Below are positions 17,542 through 26,016 of a stretch of DNA of 31,538 nucleotides, piece by piece (the stretch's first letter is position 1; each line of letters begins with the position of its first letter). The position numbers were made by a program, and so were the translations under genes. This DNA comes from Candidatus Merdiplasma sp. (lineage in GTDB: Bacteria > Bacillota > Clostridia > Lachnospirales > Lachnospiraceae), in assembly GCA_048203265.1 (NCBI GenBank), contig DBFBJF010000049.1, positions 1 through 31,538 on the forward strand. The letters run 5' to 3'. Below the pieces are notes generated by a model. The model ran no database searches, was not told the DNA's origin, and saw nothing but the letters and a program-made list of their open reading frames with translations.

Positions 17542-18894
17542 ATGAAACGCAAACTGTACCTTGAGTTGATGGATTGGAAAGAAAATGACGCAGGGCGGAC
17601 AGCCCTGCTGATTGATGGTGCCAGACGTGTCGGTAAGAGCTATATCGCAGAAGAATTTGCAAAAACGGAGTATAAAAGTTACATCTTGGTGGACTTCAAC
17701 CGAACTGGCAGCGATGTGCGCGATCTGTTCCTCCATTATCTGGATGATCTGGATACTTTTTTTATGTATCTGTCCGCCTATTATAATGTGCCTCTGTATC
17801 AGCGTGAATCTCTGATTATTTTTGACGAAGTACAACTGTTTCCCAGAGCCCGCGCTGCCATCAAATATCTGGTGGCTGACGGACGGTATGACTACCTGGA
17901 GACCGGCTCCCTGATGTCCATCCATAAAAATGTACAGGATATTGTAATTCCATCAGAGGAGCGCCACGTTTTCATGTATCCGCTGGATTTTGAGGAATTT
18001 TTGTGGGCAATGGAAAATCATACTCTTATGGACATAATTCGGACATGCTATGAAAAAAAACGCCCCATGGGGCAGGTCATGCACCGGAAAGCCATGGATT
18101 ACTTTCGCCAGTACCTTATCGTGGGTGGAATGCCACAGGCCGTCCAGGAATATATCCGTACCCGGGATTTTCATAGAGTTGACCGTGTCAAAAGAGATAT
18201 TCTCACTCTATACCGGGCTGATATGGCAAAATACGCGGGAGGTTATGAACGAAAAGTGGAAAGTATTTTTGATGAGATACCGGCTCAGCTTCAGAGACAC
18301 GAAAAAAAATTCCGGCTTTCATCGTTAAAAAAGGAGGCCCGTTTCCGGGAATATGAAGATGCCCTGTTCTGGCTGGATGATGCCATGATAGTCAATATCT
18401 GTTTTAACTCCACCGCCCCAAATGTTGGGCTAAAACTGAATATGGACCGATTGACACTGAAATGCTATATGGCGGATACCGGTCTGCTAATCAGCCATGC
18501 CTTTGATGAAAATGGGATCGTCAGTGAGGAGCTTTATAAAAAGCTGCTGTTTGATAAGTTAGACGTTAACCTTGGGATGATCATGGAAAATATAGCAGCT
18601 CAGATGCTTCGGGCAAATGGCCATAAACTGTATTTTTATTCCAACCCGTCCCGCAGTGACGCAGCCTCCCGCATGGAAATCGATTTCCTAATTTCCAAAA
18701 ATAAAATCACCAGTCGGCATAACATTTCACCCATTGAGGTAAAATCCGGCAAAAATTATACCTTGAGCTCTCTGCGAAAATTCATGAAAAAATTCAGGGA
18801 GGAAACCCACATCCCCTATGTGCTGCACACCAGTGATCTGAAGGAGGATGAGGGTATCCTGTTTTTGCCCCTGTATATGACGCCTCTCCTATAA
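17542..18894 (+). CDS. AAA_14 ATPase with DUF4143 (PD-(D/E)XK nuclease-like) C-terminal domain
   Basis: GARRVGKS Walker A, IIFDEVQ Walker B, ETGS, MYPLDFEEFL, VGGMP, YMADTGLL, EIDFL...PIEVKSG. Confidence 0.9.
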   Translation: MKRKLYLELMDWKENDAGRTALLIDGARRVGKSYIAEEFAKTEYKSYILVDFNRTGSDVRDLFLHYLDDLDTFFMYLSAYYNVPLYQRESLIIFDEVQLFPRARAAIKYLVADGRYDYLETGSLMSIHKNVQDIVIPSEERHVFMYPLDFEEFLWAMENHTLMDIIRTCYEKKRPMGQVMHRKAMDYFRQYLIVGGMPQAVQEYIRTRDFHRVDRVKRDILTLYRADMAKYAGGYERKVESIFDEIPAQLQRHEKKFRLSSLKKEARFREYEDALFWLDDAMIVNICFNSTAPNVGLKLNMDRLTLKCYMADTGLLISHAFDENGIVSEELYKKLLFDKLDVNLGMIMENIAAQMLRANGHKLYFYSNPSRSDAASRMEIDFLISKNKITSRHNISPIEVKSGKNYTLSSLRKFMKKFREETHIPYVLHTSDLKEDEGILFLPLYMTPLL

Positions 18895-18904
18895 TCTTGT
18901 CATC

Positions 18905-21886
18905 TTACCCAATCTGATCTGCCAGGAAAGAAGCCAGCAGCCGGGTCAGCGATCCGCACTGCACCGGAGCGGTTTCCCCGGCAGCGGCGTTCCATCCGTT
19001 CTCCCCTGCCCAGGCAAGAGCAAAGGCAGTTTCCTCCTCCGGCGTGAGGGAGAGATCCTCCGTGGGCCCCACCGGAATGTCCTTCCAGCAGGCGTAGCGG
19101 TAAATCAGTACCGCCAGAGGCCCGGCGCCCATGGGCTCATCCGGGCTGAAATTCCGGGCGTCAGCCTCGTTCAGCAGCCCTACGCTCGCCGCCCACACCA
19201 CGGCCGGTCCGTACCAGGAAGCCTGTGGAACATTGGGCCCGTAATCGGTCCACTCCATCTGGGGCATACCCTCCAGACGATACAGAAGGGATACCGCCGC
19301 TCCCTCCGTCACCGTGTCCGTCTCACCCAGATACCGGTCGGAAGCTCCGCTGAGCACTCCGGTGAAATACATATTTGCCATGGCATAGGCGGGATCCTCC
19401 TCCGTGAACCGGACATAAGCCGACGGATCCATTCCGCTCTGCCCCTCTTCTTCCTCCAGGTCCGGATACTCCTCCACATAGGCCGGATCCGGCGCGAAGG
19501 TCACGTTGACCGCCATATCTTTCTGTATCCCGGTGATGGGGGTGGTGTAATCCCAAACCATCCCGTCCACGGTGAAGCTCTCCACCAGATAGCCCCGGTC
19601 CGGAAGCACCGCAAACTGCTGGCTGCTGCCCTGGGGCTTTACAATCTTTCCCCCCGGTCCGGCGCTTCCGTTCTCTCCAGCCGTCACGGTGATGGTGTAG
19701 TTCGTCAAGACAGGAATCACAAGAGCCTCCTGGCTGGTTTTTCTTCCCAGCGCCTCCGCCAAAGCCTGCATCTGGGGTCCGCTCACATGGAGCGTCAGTG
19801 TCTCCGGACAATCCGTGAACAAATCCTCGCTCCAGGAGACAATGCTCTCCGGCAAAGATACGCCGGCCAGAGACGTACAGCCCGCGAACAGTTTCCCGCC
19901 CAGACTGTTGGCCCCCTCATCCACGGTGGCATATAAAAGGGCGGTGTCGTTCATGAAAGCCCCGTTGGTCCCCCAGTCGCTTCCCCACTCCGTAATATTA
20001 TTTCCGATCTGTACCCACAACAGGCCTGTGCAGTCCGCAAAGGCATAGGCTCCCAGGTAAGTCAGGCTGTCCGGCAGGATCATCTCGGAGATCGAACTGC
20101 ACCCCTGAAACGCGCTGTTCTCAATGGAAGTCAGGGTATCCGGCAAAATCACCTCATAAAGAGCGGTATTATTGCGAAACGCGCCGGATCCGATGCGGGT
20201 AATCCGCTCCAAGTAAAGCTGATACAGGGCAGTACAGTCCGCAAAGGCCTCCCCCTCTATTTCTCCTCTCTGCATAGACACCTGTATCAGAGACGTGCAG
20301 CCGGCAAAGGCCCTCTCTCCCACTATGGTCACGGTGATGGGCATGTCCGCATGCCTCAGGGAGGTGCAGTTCTCAAAAGCGCTGGAACCGATGGACAGCA
20401 CGCCGTCTTCGATGGTCAGACTCTCCAGCCTGGTATCGTTCATAAAAGCTCCGTTGGTTCCCCAGTCCTCCACCCATTCTTCCACGCCTGCTCCCAGGGA
20501 GACGCTCTTCAGGGCGGGGCAGTCCGCAAAGGCATAGCAGCCGATGCTGCTCACTTTATCCGGAATGTTCACATGGCGAAGCTGGGTATACCGGAAAGCC
20601 TCATTTCCCAAAGACGTCAGTGTGGCCGGAAGATCTGCGGTATGAAGCTGGGTGCAATTTTTGAACGCGGCGTTTCCGATACTCTGAATCCCCTCAGACA
20701 GTGTGACGGTCTCCAGCCTCTGGCAGTCTGAAAACGCTTCCTCCGCGATGCTCACCACGCTGCCGGGAATCTCAACCTGTTCCAGGGCACTGCAGCCGGA
20801 GAAAGCGCCGAAGGGCAGGGAGGCAGCACCTTCCCGGATGGTCAGGTCATTTAGCTTCGTGCACCCGGCAAAGGCCGAGTTATCTCCCCAGTCCTGCCCC
20901 CACTCGCTGATCCCGCTGCCCAGCACGGCCCGCTCCATCTGGGTACAGTTCTGAAAGGCGTAAGCTCCCACAAAGGAAACTCTGTCCGGGATCACCGCTT
21001 CTTTCAGTTTGGTGCAGCCAGAGAAAGCGCTCTGACCGATGGAGGTCAGGGTATCCGGCAGAGCAACCTGCTCCAGCGCCGTATTATTCTCAAAAGCCGA
21101 TCCCCCGATCTGAACCGCATTCATTAAGGTCAGATTTTTCAGACTGGTGCAGTTCTGGAAAGCGGCCTCTCCCACATCTCCATAAACCACCGCTGTATCC
21201 AGCAGCTCACAATCCCGGAAAGCATTGCCCTCCACCAGAGTGACACTCTCCGGCAGAATTATCTCCATCAGCAGGGTGCATCCGGCAAACGCGCTCTCCC
21301 CGATCGAGGACGCGCCAGCCTTCACCGTCAGCGAATCCAACAGGGTACAGCCCGCAAAAGCCCCGTTCGTTCCCCAGTCCTGTCCCCACTCGCTGATCCC
21401 GCTGCCCAGCTCCAGGGTGCGAAGGCCGGTACAATTTCGAAAGGCGTAAGGCCCAATGTAGGATACGCTGTCCGGAATGGTGACGGCTTTTACCTTTGAC
21501 GCTTCAAAAGCGGACGTTTCAATCCGGGCCAGACCCTGGGACAGGGTGACATCCGTCAGAGCGCCGCACTCCGCAAACGCCTGTTTTCCAATAACAGATA
21601 TGGTATCCGGCATGATCACTGCTTCCAGGAAGGCATTCCCCTGAAAGGCCCCCTCCCCGATGGCCGTCACCGGATAGCCGCCCAGCATTTCCGGTATGGT
21701 CACGGATTGTTCGGAACCGTGGTAAGCCGTTACTGTGACAGTTCTCGTCTCCTCATTCACACGGTACTCCCAGTCTCCCCCTGTCTGCTCTGCCTGTGCT
21801 GTCATTCCTCCCAACGCGGCGAACAAAGCCAGGAAGAGCAGTACTGCTCCACAGATTCCGCCCCATGTTTTCATTCTCGTCCTCAT
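18905..21886 (-). CDS. BspA/TpLRR (LRR_5) surface protein with InlB B-repeat-like segment and C-terminal SLH-like domains
   Basis: Signal peptide ending AQA; many IGxxAFxxCxxLxxVxLPxxL repeats; YTITVTAGENG...PDRGY; AVSLLYRLEG, WYGPAVVWAASVGL, FSPDE SLH-like motifs; GGAGG RBS. Confidence 0.9.
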   Translation of the reverse strand: MRTRMKTWGGICGAVLLFLALFAALGGMTAQAEQTGGDWEYRVNEETRTVTVTAYHGSEQSVTIPEMLGGYPVTAIGEGAFQGNAFLEAVIMPDTISVIGKQAFAECGALTDVTLSQGLARIETSAFEASKVKAVTIPDSVSYIGPYAFRNCTGLRTLELGSGISEWGQDWGTNGAFAGCTLLDSLTVKAGASSIGESAFAGCTLLMEIILPESVTLVEGNAFRDCELLDTAVVYGDVGEAAFQNCTSLKNLTLMNAVQIGGSAFENNTALEQVALPDTLTSIGQSAFSGCTKLKEAVIPDRVSFVGAYAFQNCTQMERAVLGSGISEWGQDWGDNSAFAGCTKLNDLTIREGAASLPFGAFSGCSALEQVEIPGSVVSIAEEAFSDCQRLETVTLSEGIQSIGNAAFKNCTQLHTADLPATLTSLGNEAFRYTQLRHVNIPDKVSSIGCYAFADCPALKSVSLGAGVEEWVEDWGTNGAFMNDTRLESLTIEDGVLSIGSSAFENCTSLRHADMPITVTIVGERAFAGCTSLIQVSMQRGEIEGEAFADCTALYQLYLERITRIGSGAFRNNTALYEVILPDTLTSIENSAFQGCSSISEMILPDSLTYLGAYAFADCTGLLWVQIGNNITEWGSDWGTNGAFMNDTALLYATVDEGANSLGGKLFAGCTSLAGVSLPESIVSWSEDLFTDCPETLTLHVSGPQMQALAEALGRKTSQEALVIPVLTNYTITVTAGENGSAGPGGKIVKPQGSSQQFAVLPDRGYLVESFTVDGMVWDYTTPITGIQKDMAVNVTFAPDPAYVEEYPDLEEEEGQSGMDPSAYVRFTEEDPAYAMANMYFTGVLSGASDRYLGETDTVTEGAAVSLLYRLEGMPQMEWTDYGPNVPQASWYGPAVVWAASVGLLNEADARNFSPDEPMGAGPLAVLIYRYACWKDIPVGPTEDLSLTPEEETAFALAWAGENGWNAAAGETAPVQCGSLTRLLASFLADQIG

Positions 21887-21985
21887 AACACACCTCCCTG
21901 ATGAATTCCGGTTTTTGCGGACAACCGCCTAAGCCGCCGCAGCTGCATGGACAGATGGCCATTGCCTCCTTAATCCGTTGAATCT

Positions 21986-22085
21986 ATTATAGTGAAATAG
22001 GTGGCACCCTGCAATGATCTTCCCCGCAATTTATCCCAGATCCACGCCCGCGCGTATTTACTTTCCTTCGTCCGGAGGCTATAAT
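21986..22085. promoter_or_regulatory. Divergent sigma-A promoters (LRR gene and HD gene)
   Basis: Minus: TTGCAG (22014-22009), 17 bp, TATAAT (21991-21986). Plus: TTTACT (22057-22062), 17 bp, TATAAT (22080-22085). Confidence 0.6.
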
Positions 22086-22117
22086 GGTGAAAAAAGTGGA
22101 AAAAGAGGGGATACGTC

Positions 22118-22621
22118 ATGGCAAAAGAACAGATTATTTTAAAAATGGCCGATTTCTATGAAGGCAATCTGGAGGATATCAATCATTTTCTGAAGGTACA
22201 CGCCTTTGCCGCCACCATTGGAGCGCTGGAAGGATTGGATGAGGACACACTGGACATTCTGGAAATCGCTTCCATTGTCCACGACATCGCCTGCCCGCTG
22301 TGCCGGGAGAAATATGGGGACACTGACGGAAAACATCAGGAGGCAGAGAGCGAACCTCTGCTGCGGGAATTTTTGAAGGAATTTCGTCTGCCCGATTCTG
22401 TGGAGGAGCGGGTGATCTTTCTGGTTACTCATCATCACACTTACAGCCATGTGGAGGGAATGGATTACCAGATACTGCTGGAGGCCGACTATCTGGTCAA
22501 TGCCGGCGAATCCGCAAAATATAGAAAAAGTCTGGAGCAATTCCGAAAAAACGTATTCCGGACTAAGACGGGACTGCATCTGCTGGATTCCCTTTACCCT
22601 GACAGATCTTCCATTTTGTAA
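22118..22621 (+). CDS. HD-domain phosphohydrolase
   Basis: HFLKVH, IVHDI, HHH, EADYLVN pattern; GAGGGG RBS. Confidence 0.88.
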   Translation: MAKEQIILKMADFYEGNLEDINHFLKVHAFAATIGALEGLDEDTLDILEIASIVHDIACPLCREKYGDTDGKHQEAESEPLLREFLKEFRLPDSVEERVIFLVTHHHTYSHVEGMDYQILLEADYLVNAGESAKYRKSLEQFRKNVFRTKTGLHLLDSLYPDRSSIL

Positions 22622-22699
22622 AGACAAAGGTCTCAAATTATCAGTGGTAATACCCATTTTTCTGAGCTATAATAACGATAGCAAAGGAGGGAAATATCC

Positions 22700-23290
22700 A
22701 TGAGATGGTTTGATTCAAACTTTGATTATGTACAAGAACTGAAGGACGCCTGGGAGCGGGGCCGGAAAAAAATCCGCAATACCTATCTGATTTTGGCTGT
22801 TATACTGCTGATTGCGGGGATTCTCGTTGCCGTCTTCCCGGTGGGAATTTTCGCCGTCATTCAGTACATGGCTGCCATCGCCATGATTGTGGTGGGAATC
22901 TATCATTTTATCTCCTACTCGTCCATGACCTATTACTTCCGGGATCCCATGCTGCTGATTTCCGGTATTCTGAACGTGCTGATGGGCATTCTGCTGTTTG
23001 TTATGCCGGTAGAGCTGACGGTTCAGGTTATCACGTTTCTGCTTGCCTTTCTGCTCATTTTCACCGGCGCGGAGAAAATTTCTTTCGCCCTGCGTCTCCG
23101 CTACTACCAGCTGCCCCACACCGGGACTTTGATCTTCAGCGGGGTGCTGTGCATCATTCTGGCAGTGATCTTCCTGTTTCTGCCCTTTGTCACTGCGCTG
23201 GCGCTGAACTATATTCTGGCAGCTTATCTGATCATCACAGGCATTGCGCTTCTGGCCGAGGCAATTGGGATGAGTACCAGATCTTTTTGA
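22700..23290 (+). CDS. HdeD/DUF308-like membrane protein
   Basis: Six TMs in repeated hairpins (LIAGIL..FP, SGILNVLMGILL..P, SGVLCIILAV..P); AAAGGAGG RBS. Confidence 0.75.
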   Translation: MRWFDSNFDYVQELKDAWERGRKKIRNTYLILAVILLIAGILVAVFPVGIFAVIQYMAAIAMIVVGIYHFISYSSMTYYFRDPMLLISGILNVLMGILLFVMPVELTVQVITFLLAFLLIFTGAEKISFALRLRYYQLPHTGTLIFSGVLCIILAVIFLFLPFVTALALNYILAAYLIITGIALLAEAIGMSTRSF

Positions 23291-23375
23291 GAAACCGCAG
23301 ATTCGGTCAGCATTCTCCTATGGGAAAATTAATATCCATGGGACGTATCGCTTGTTTGGCCCGCAGGAATCAAAC

Positions 23376-23422
23376 AGCTGCCGCAGGGATTCCCCGACTT
23401 TCGGGTACTTCCTGCGGCAGCT
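23376..23422. terminator. Stem-loop between convergent genes
   Basis: agctgccgcagg (23376-23387) pairs perfectly with cctgcggcagct (23411-23422). Confidence 0.6.
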
Positions 23423-23464
23423 CTCATTTTCTGTCAAACCTGCCTGTCTCAATTTCGCCCGGTA

Positions 23465-23827
23465 TCAGCCCAGCAATTCTTCTTTCTTCTCCAAAATTGC
23501 CTCACAGGCAGCGCAGGCCGGGCAGTCACAGTACTTTTTCCCGGCTGCTTTCAGCTCTTCTCCATGCTTTGCCACACCCTCCGCGGCCTGGGCGCCGCCA
23601 AACACTCCGGCTCCGGCCTCTGATCTGGCAAAGGCAATCAGGTTATCCAGAGGCATAATGTCCGCCTCCAGCTCAGCCACATATTTTTTTGTCTCCTCCT
23701 GCTCACGCTCCGTCCCAACCGCGTCCAGCCAGGCCTGAGCGGCCGCTTTCGCTTCCTTGCTGCAGGAATGAGCCTGCATCAGCTCCTTTGTCTTTTCCAT
23801 CACGTAGTTCTTTGTTTCCGCTGTCAT
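23465..23827 (-). CDS. Small helical protein with C-terminal CDCPACAAC cluster, probably metal binding; function unknown
   Basis: AHSCS near the N-terminus and KYCDCPACAAC at the C-terminus; AGGAGG 8 nt before ATG 23827 (alternative start 23833). Confidence 0.75.
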   Translation of the reverse strand: MTAETKNYVMEKTKELMQAHSCSKEAKAAAQAWLDAVGTEREQEETKKYVAELEADIMPLDNLIAFARSEAGAGVFGGAQAAEGVAKHGEELKAAGKKYCDCPACAACEAILEKKEELLG

Positions 23828-23889
23828 CTTCATTACCTCCTCAGCACTTTGATGATGTCGTCCGGCATCTTTTATTTTATAACAATTAA

Positions 23890-23924
23890 GGGATGCCGCA
23901 AAATCTTCACGATTGCGGCATCCC
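23890..23924 (-). terminator. Stem-loop just downstream of the foldase gene
   Basis: gggatgccgcaa (23890-23901) pairs with ttgcggcatccc (23913-23924). Confidence 0.6.
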
Positions 23925-23930
23925 ATGGGT

Positions 23931-25517
23931 TCACGCTTCCGTCTCGGTCTCTGTCTCAGCCCCGGTGACTGCCTCGGCAGCTTCCTCCGTCTCAGCTTCT
24001 GTTTCTGCCTCAGACGCTGCCTCAGTGTCTCCCTCCGTCTCCGCTTCCGTACCGGCTTCTGTTTCCGCCTCGGTGACAGCCTCAGTTTCAGCTTCCGTTG
24101 TCACCTCGGTTCCACTCTCCGTGGTACCCTCGCTCTGGCTCTCTGCCTCCGTTACAGCCTCGGTCGCCGCCTCAGTCTCCACAGTCAGGGACAGATCAAA
24201 CACCATCTGGCCGTACACATCCTCGTTGATGGTAAATTCCACCTCATCCGTCCACTCATCGTAAAGGTCATTGATGGCCTCATTCTTTCTTTCATTCACA
24301 ATGTCCTCTTTTTTCTGCTGCGTGGCCTCCTCATCGAAGGCATCATCCACGTAAAGCACATAGAAGGAATCATTTACCTGAACCACCTCGTCCACCAGCG
24401 TGTTATCCTCCACTCCCTTGGTGGCCTCAATGATGGCCTCATCCGGATAAGTATCATCATCGCCGAAGGTAAAGTCAGAGGTTCCCGCATTGTCGTTCTC
24501 CTCCACAACTGCTTCAGCGGCTGTATCGAAATCCTCTCCGCCCTTTACCTGCTCCAGAAAAGCTTCCGCCTGGGCTCTGGCTTCCTCTCTGGCAGCCTCC
24601 ATAGCCGGATCCTCTGTTTCAGTCTCGGTTTCTGTTTCACTCTCGGTATCTGCAGCTTCTGTATCTTCCTCAGCCGCTTCCGTTTCGGTCTCTTCCTCTG
24701 CCGCGGTGGTCTCCACTTCGGTCTCCGTCTCAGCAGCCTCGGTCTTTGTTCCCTCTGCCTCGGTCAACGTAGCCTCTGTAGTATCCTCCGCCGGAACGGT
24801 CTCATTCTCCGTCTCAGCGGCCTCGGTCTCTGTCTCAGAGGGTGTCTCCGCCTCCGTATTCTCAGCGATATCCCCTTCTGTGCCAGCCGCTTCGCTTCCG
24901 GCCTCGGTCTCTTCCTCTGTATCAGACTCCGTCTGGGCCGTAAATCTTACATAGGATACCGTTCTCTGAGCGGCCTCCTCGTCGGACACTTCCGTATCCA
25001 CATCGGCAGCCATCTGGGTTTCCATCTTGTTCTGGATCGTATATAGAGTAAGAATCCGCTCCACATTCTCCTGTGTGGCACTCATCTTCTCCAGAACTTC
25101 CTCATCGTTGGACTCCACGAAATCCTGAGCTGCCTGGGAAATGGCAGCCGTCTCATCCTCGGTCAGTTCCACATCATAGTCAGCCATATGCTTCTCTGCC
25201 AGCAGCATTCTCTCCAAAGCGGTCATCACGCTATCCTTGAAGGTGTCTCCGTAGGCTGTACCGGTGCCGGTCAAATCCATACTCCAAATATCGCTTGTGC
25301 CATAGTAACTAGCCAGCCAAGCATTGCTTGTCTCAAACTCCGCCTGCTGATAACGCAGGAAAAAGTTCACCAATCCTGCGGAGATGTCCTCCCCGTCAAA
25401 TGTGGCAGCAACCGCAGATGTGTCCAGCGTCTCCTTCTTGCCGCATCCTGCCAACATGGACGCCGCCACACACACGCCCAGTCCCATGGCCAGTCCTCGT
25501 TTCAATCCTGTTTTCAT
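23931..25517 (-). CDS. PrsA-like foldase / peptidyl-prolyl isomerase lipoprotein with long acidic E/T/A inserts
   Basis: LAGC lipobox; VAATFDGEDIS SurA-N-like start; RTVSYVRF...ARAQAEAFLEQVKGGEDFD parvulin-like region; FYVLYV. Confidence 0.72.
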   Translation of the reverse strand: MKTGLKRGLAMGLGVCVAASMLAGCGKKETLDTSAVAATFDGEDISAGLVNFFLRYQQAEFETSNAWLASYYGTSDIWSMDLTGTGTAYGDTFKDSVMTALERMLLAEKHMADYDVELTEDETAAISQAAQDFVESNDEEVLEKMSATQENVERILTLYTIQNKMETQMAADVDTEVSDEEAAQRTVSYVRFTAQTESDTEEETEAGSEAAGTEGDIAENTEAETPSETETEAAETENETVPAEDTTEATLTEAEGTKTEAAETETEVETTAAEEETETEAAEEDTEAADTESETETETETEDPAMEAAREEARAQAEAFLEQVKGGEDFDTAAEAVVEENDNAGTSDFTFGDDDTYPDEAIIEATKGVEDNTLVDEVVQVNDSFYVLYVDDAFDEEATQQKKEDIVNERKNEAINDLYDEWTDEVEFTINEDVYGQMVFDLSLTVETEAATEAVTEAESQSEGTTESGTEVTTEAETEAVTEAETEAGTEAETEGDTEAASEAETEAETEEAAEAVTGAETETETEA

Positions 25518-25656
25518 ACCTAAATTCCTCCATCATTTGGCAGGTCGTCCCGGACGGCAAAGCCATCGCCTGGATCCGCCATATTCTCTCAACAGCGTGC
25601 TCTCCGCAAAAATCAGAAATACTTCCGGCCAGCCGCTGCAATGATCCGTAGCTTTC

Positions 25657-25685
25657 ATTATATCCTTTTTAGCCCCGGCTGGCAA
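25657..25685 (-). promoter_or_regulatory. Sigma-A promoter of the foldase gene
   Basis: TTGCCA (25685-25680), 17 bp, TATAAT (25662-25657). Confidence 0.7.
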
Positions 25686-25721
25686 TCATTTTTCATCCCC
25701 AAACACAGGATTTTCACAAAA

Positions 25722-25891
25722 CAATACCGCCATCAGGCAGAAAAAACGGAAGAAGCCCGTACAAGTTTACTTGTTAAGGGCAGCTTTCGTTTTTTCGGTA
25801 ATGGGCGGTACGCCCATTGAGCCGCAGCCATAAGCTGCGCCAGCAGCGGCCGGGCGCTGGCGCACGGGGCTGCGGCCTGATGGCGGTATTG
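25722..25891. repeat. 170-bp structured element bounded by a perfect 17-bp inverted repeat (MITE/REP-like)
   Basis: caataccgccatcaggc (25722-25738) and gcctgatggcggtattg (25875-25891); internal hairpins; core homologous to 326-381 in reverse orientation. Confidence 0.75.
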
Positions 25892-25951
25892 GGATCTTCT
25901 ATTTTCTTCTGTTCCTCAGACGGATAGCCCGTACAAGTTTACGGGCAAGCC

Positions 25952-25994
25952 AAACGGGTCTGCCGCAAAAGCACCAATTGCGGCAGACCCGTTT
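25952..25994. terminator. Stem-loop downstream of the iron ABC operon
   Basis: 17-bp perfect stem aaacgggtctgccgcaa / ttgcggcagacccgttt, nested in an outer stem cagacggat/atccgtctg. Confidence 0.65.
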
Positions 25995-26016
25995 TCATCC
26001 GTCTGTTTTTCTTTTA

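Noticed and set aside
21753..21962. Cys-rich 69-aa ORF (MAICPCSCGGLGGC...) as a RiPP precursor or leader peptide
   Set aside because: AAGGAGG is only 2 nt from the ATG, the ORF overlaps the LRR gene out of frame, and no modifying enzyme is nearby.
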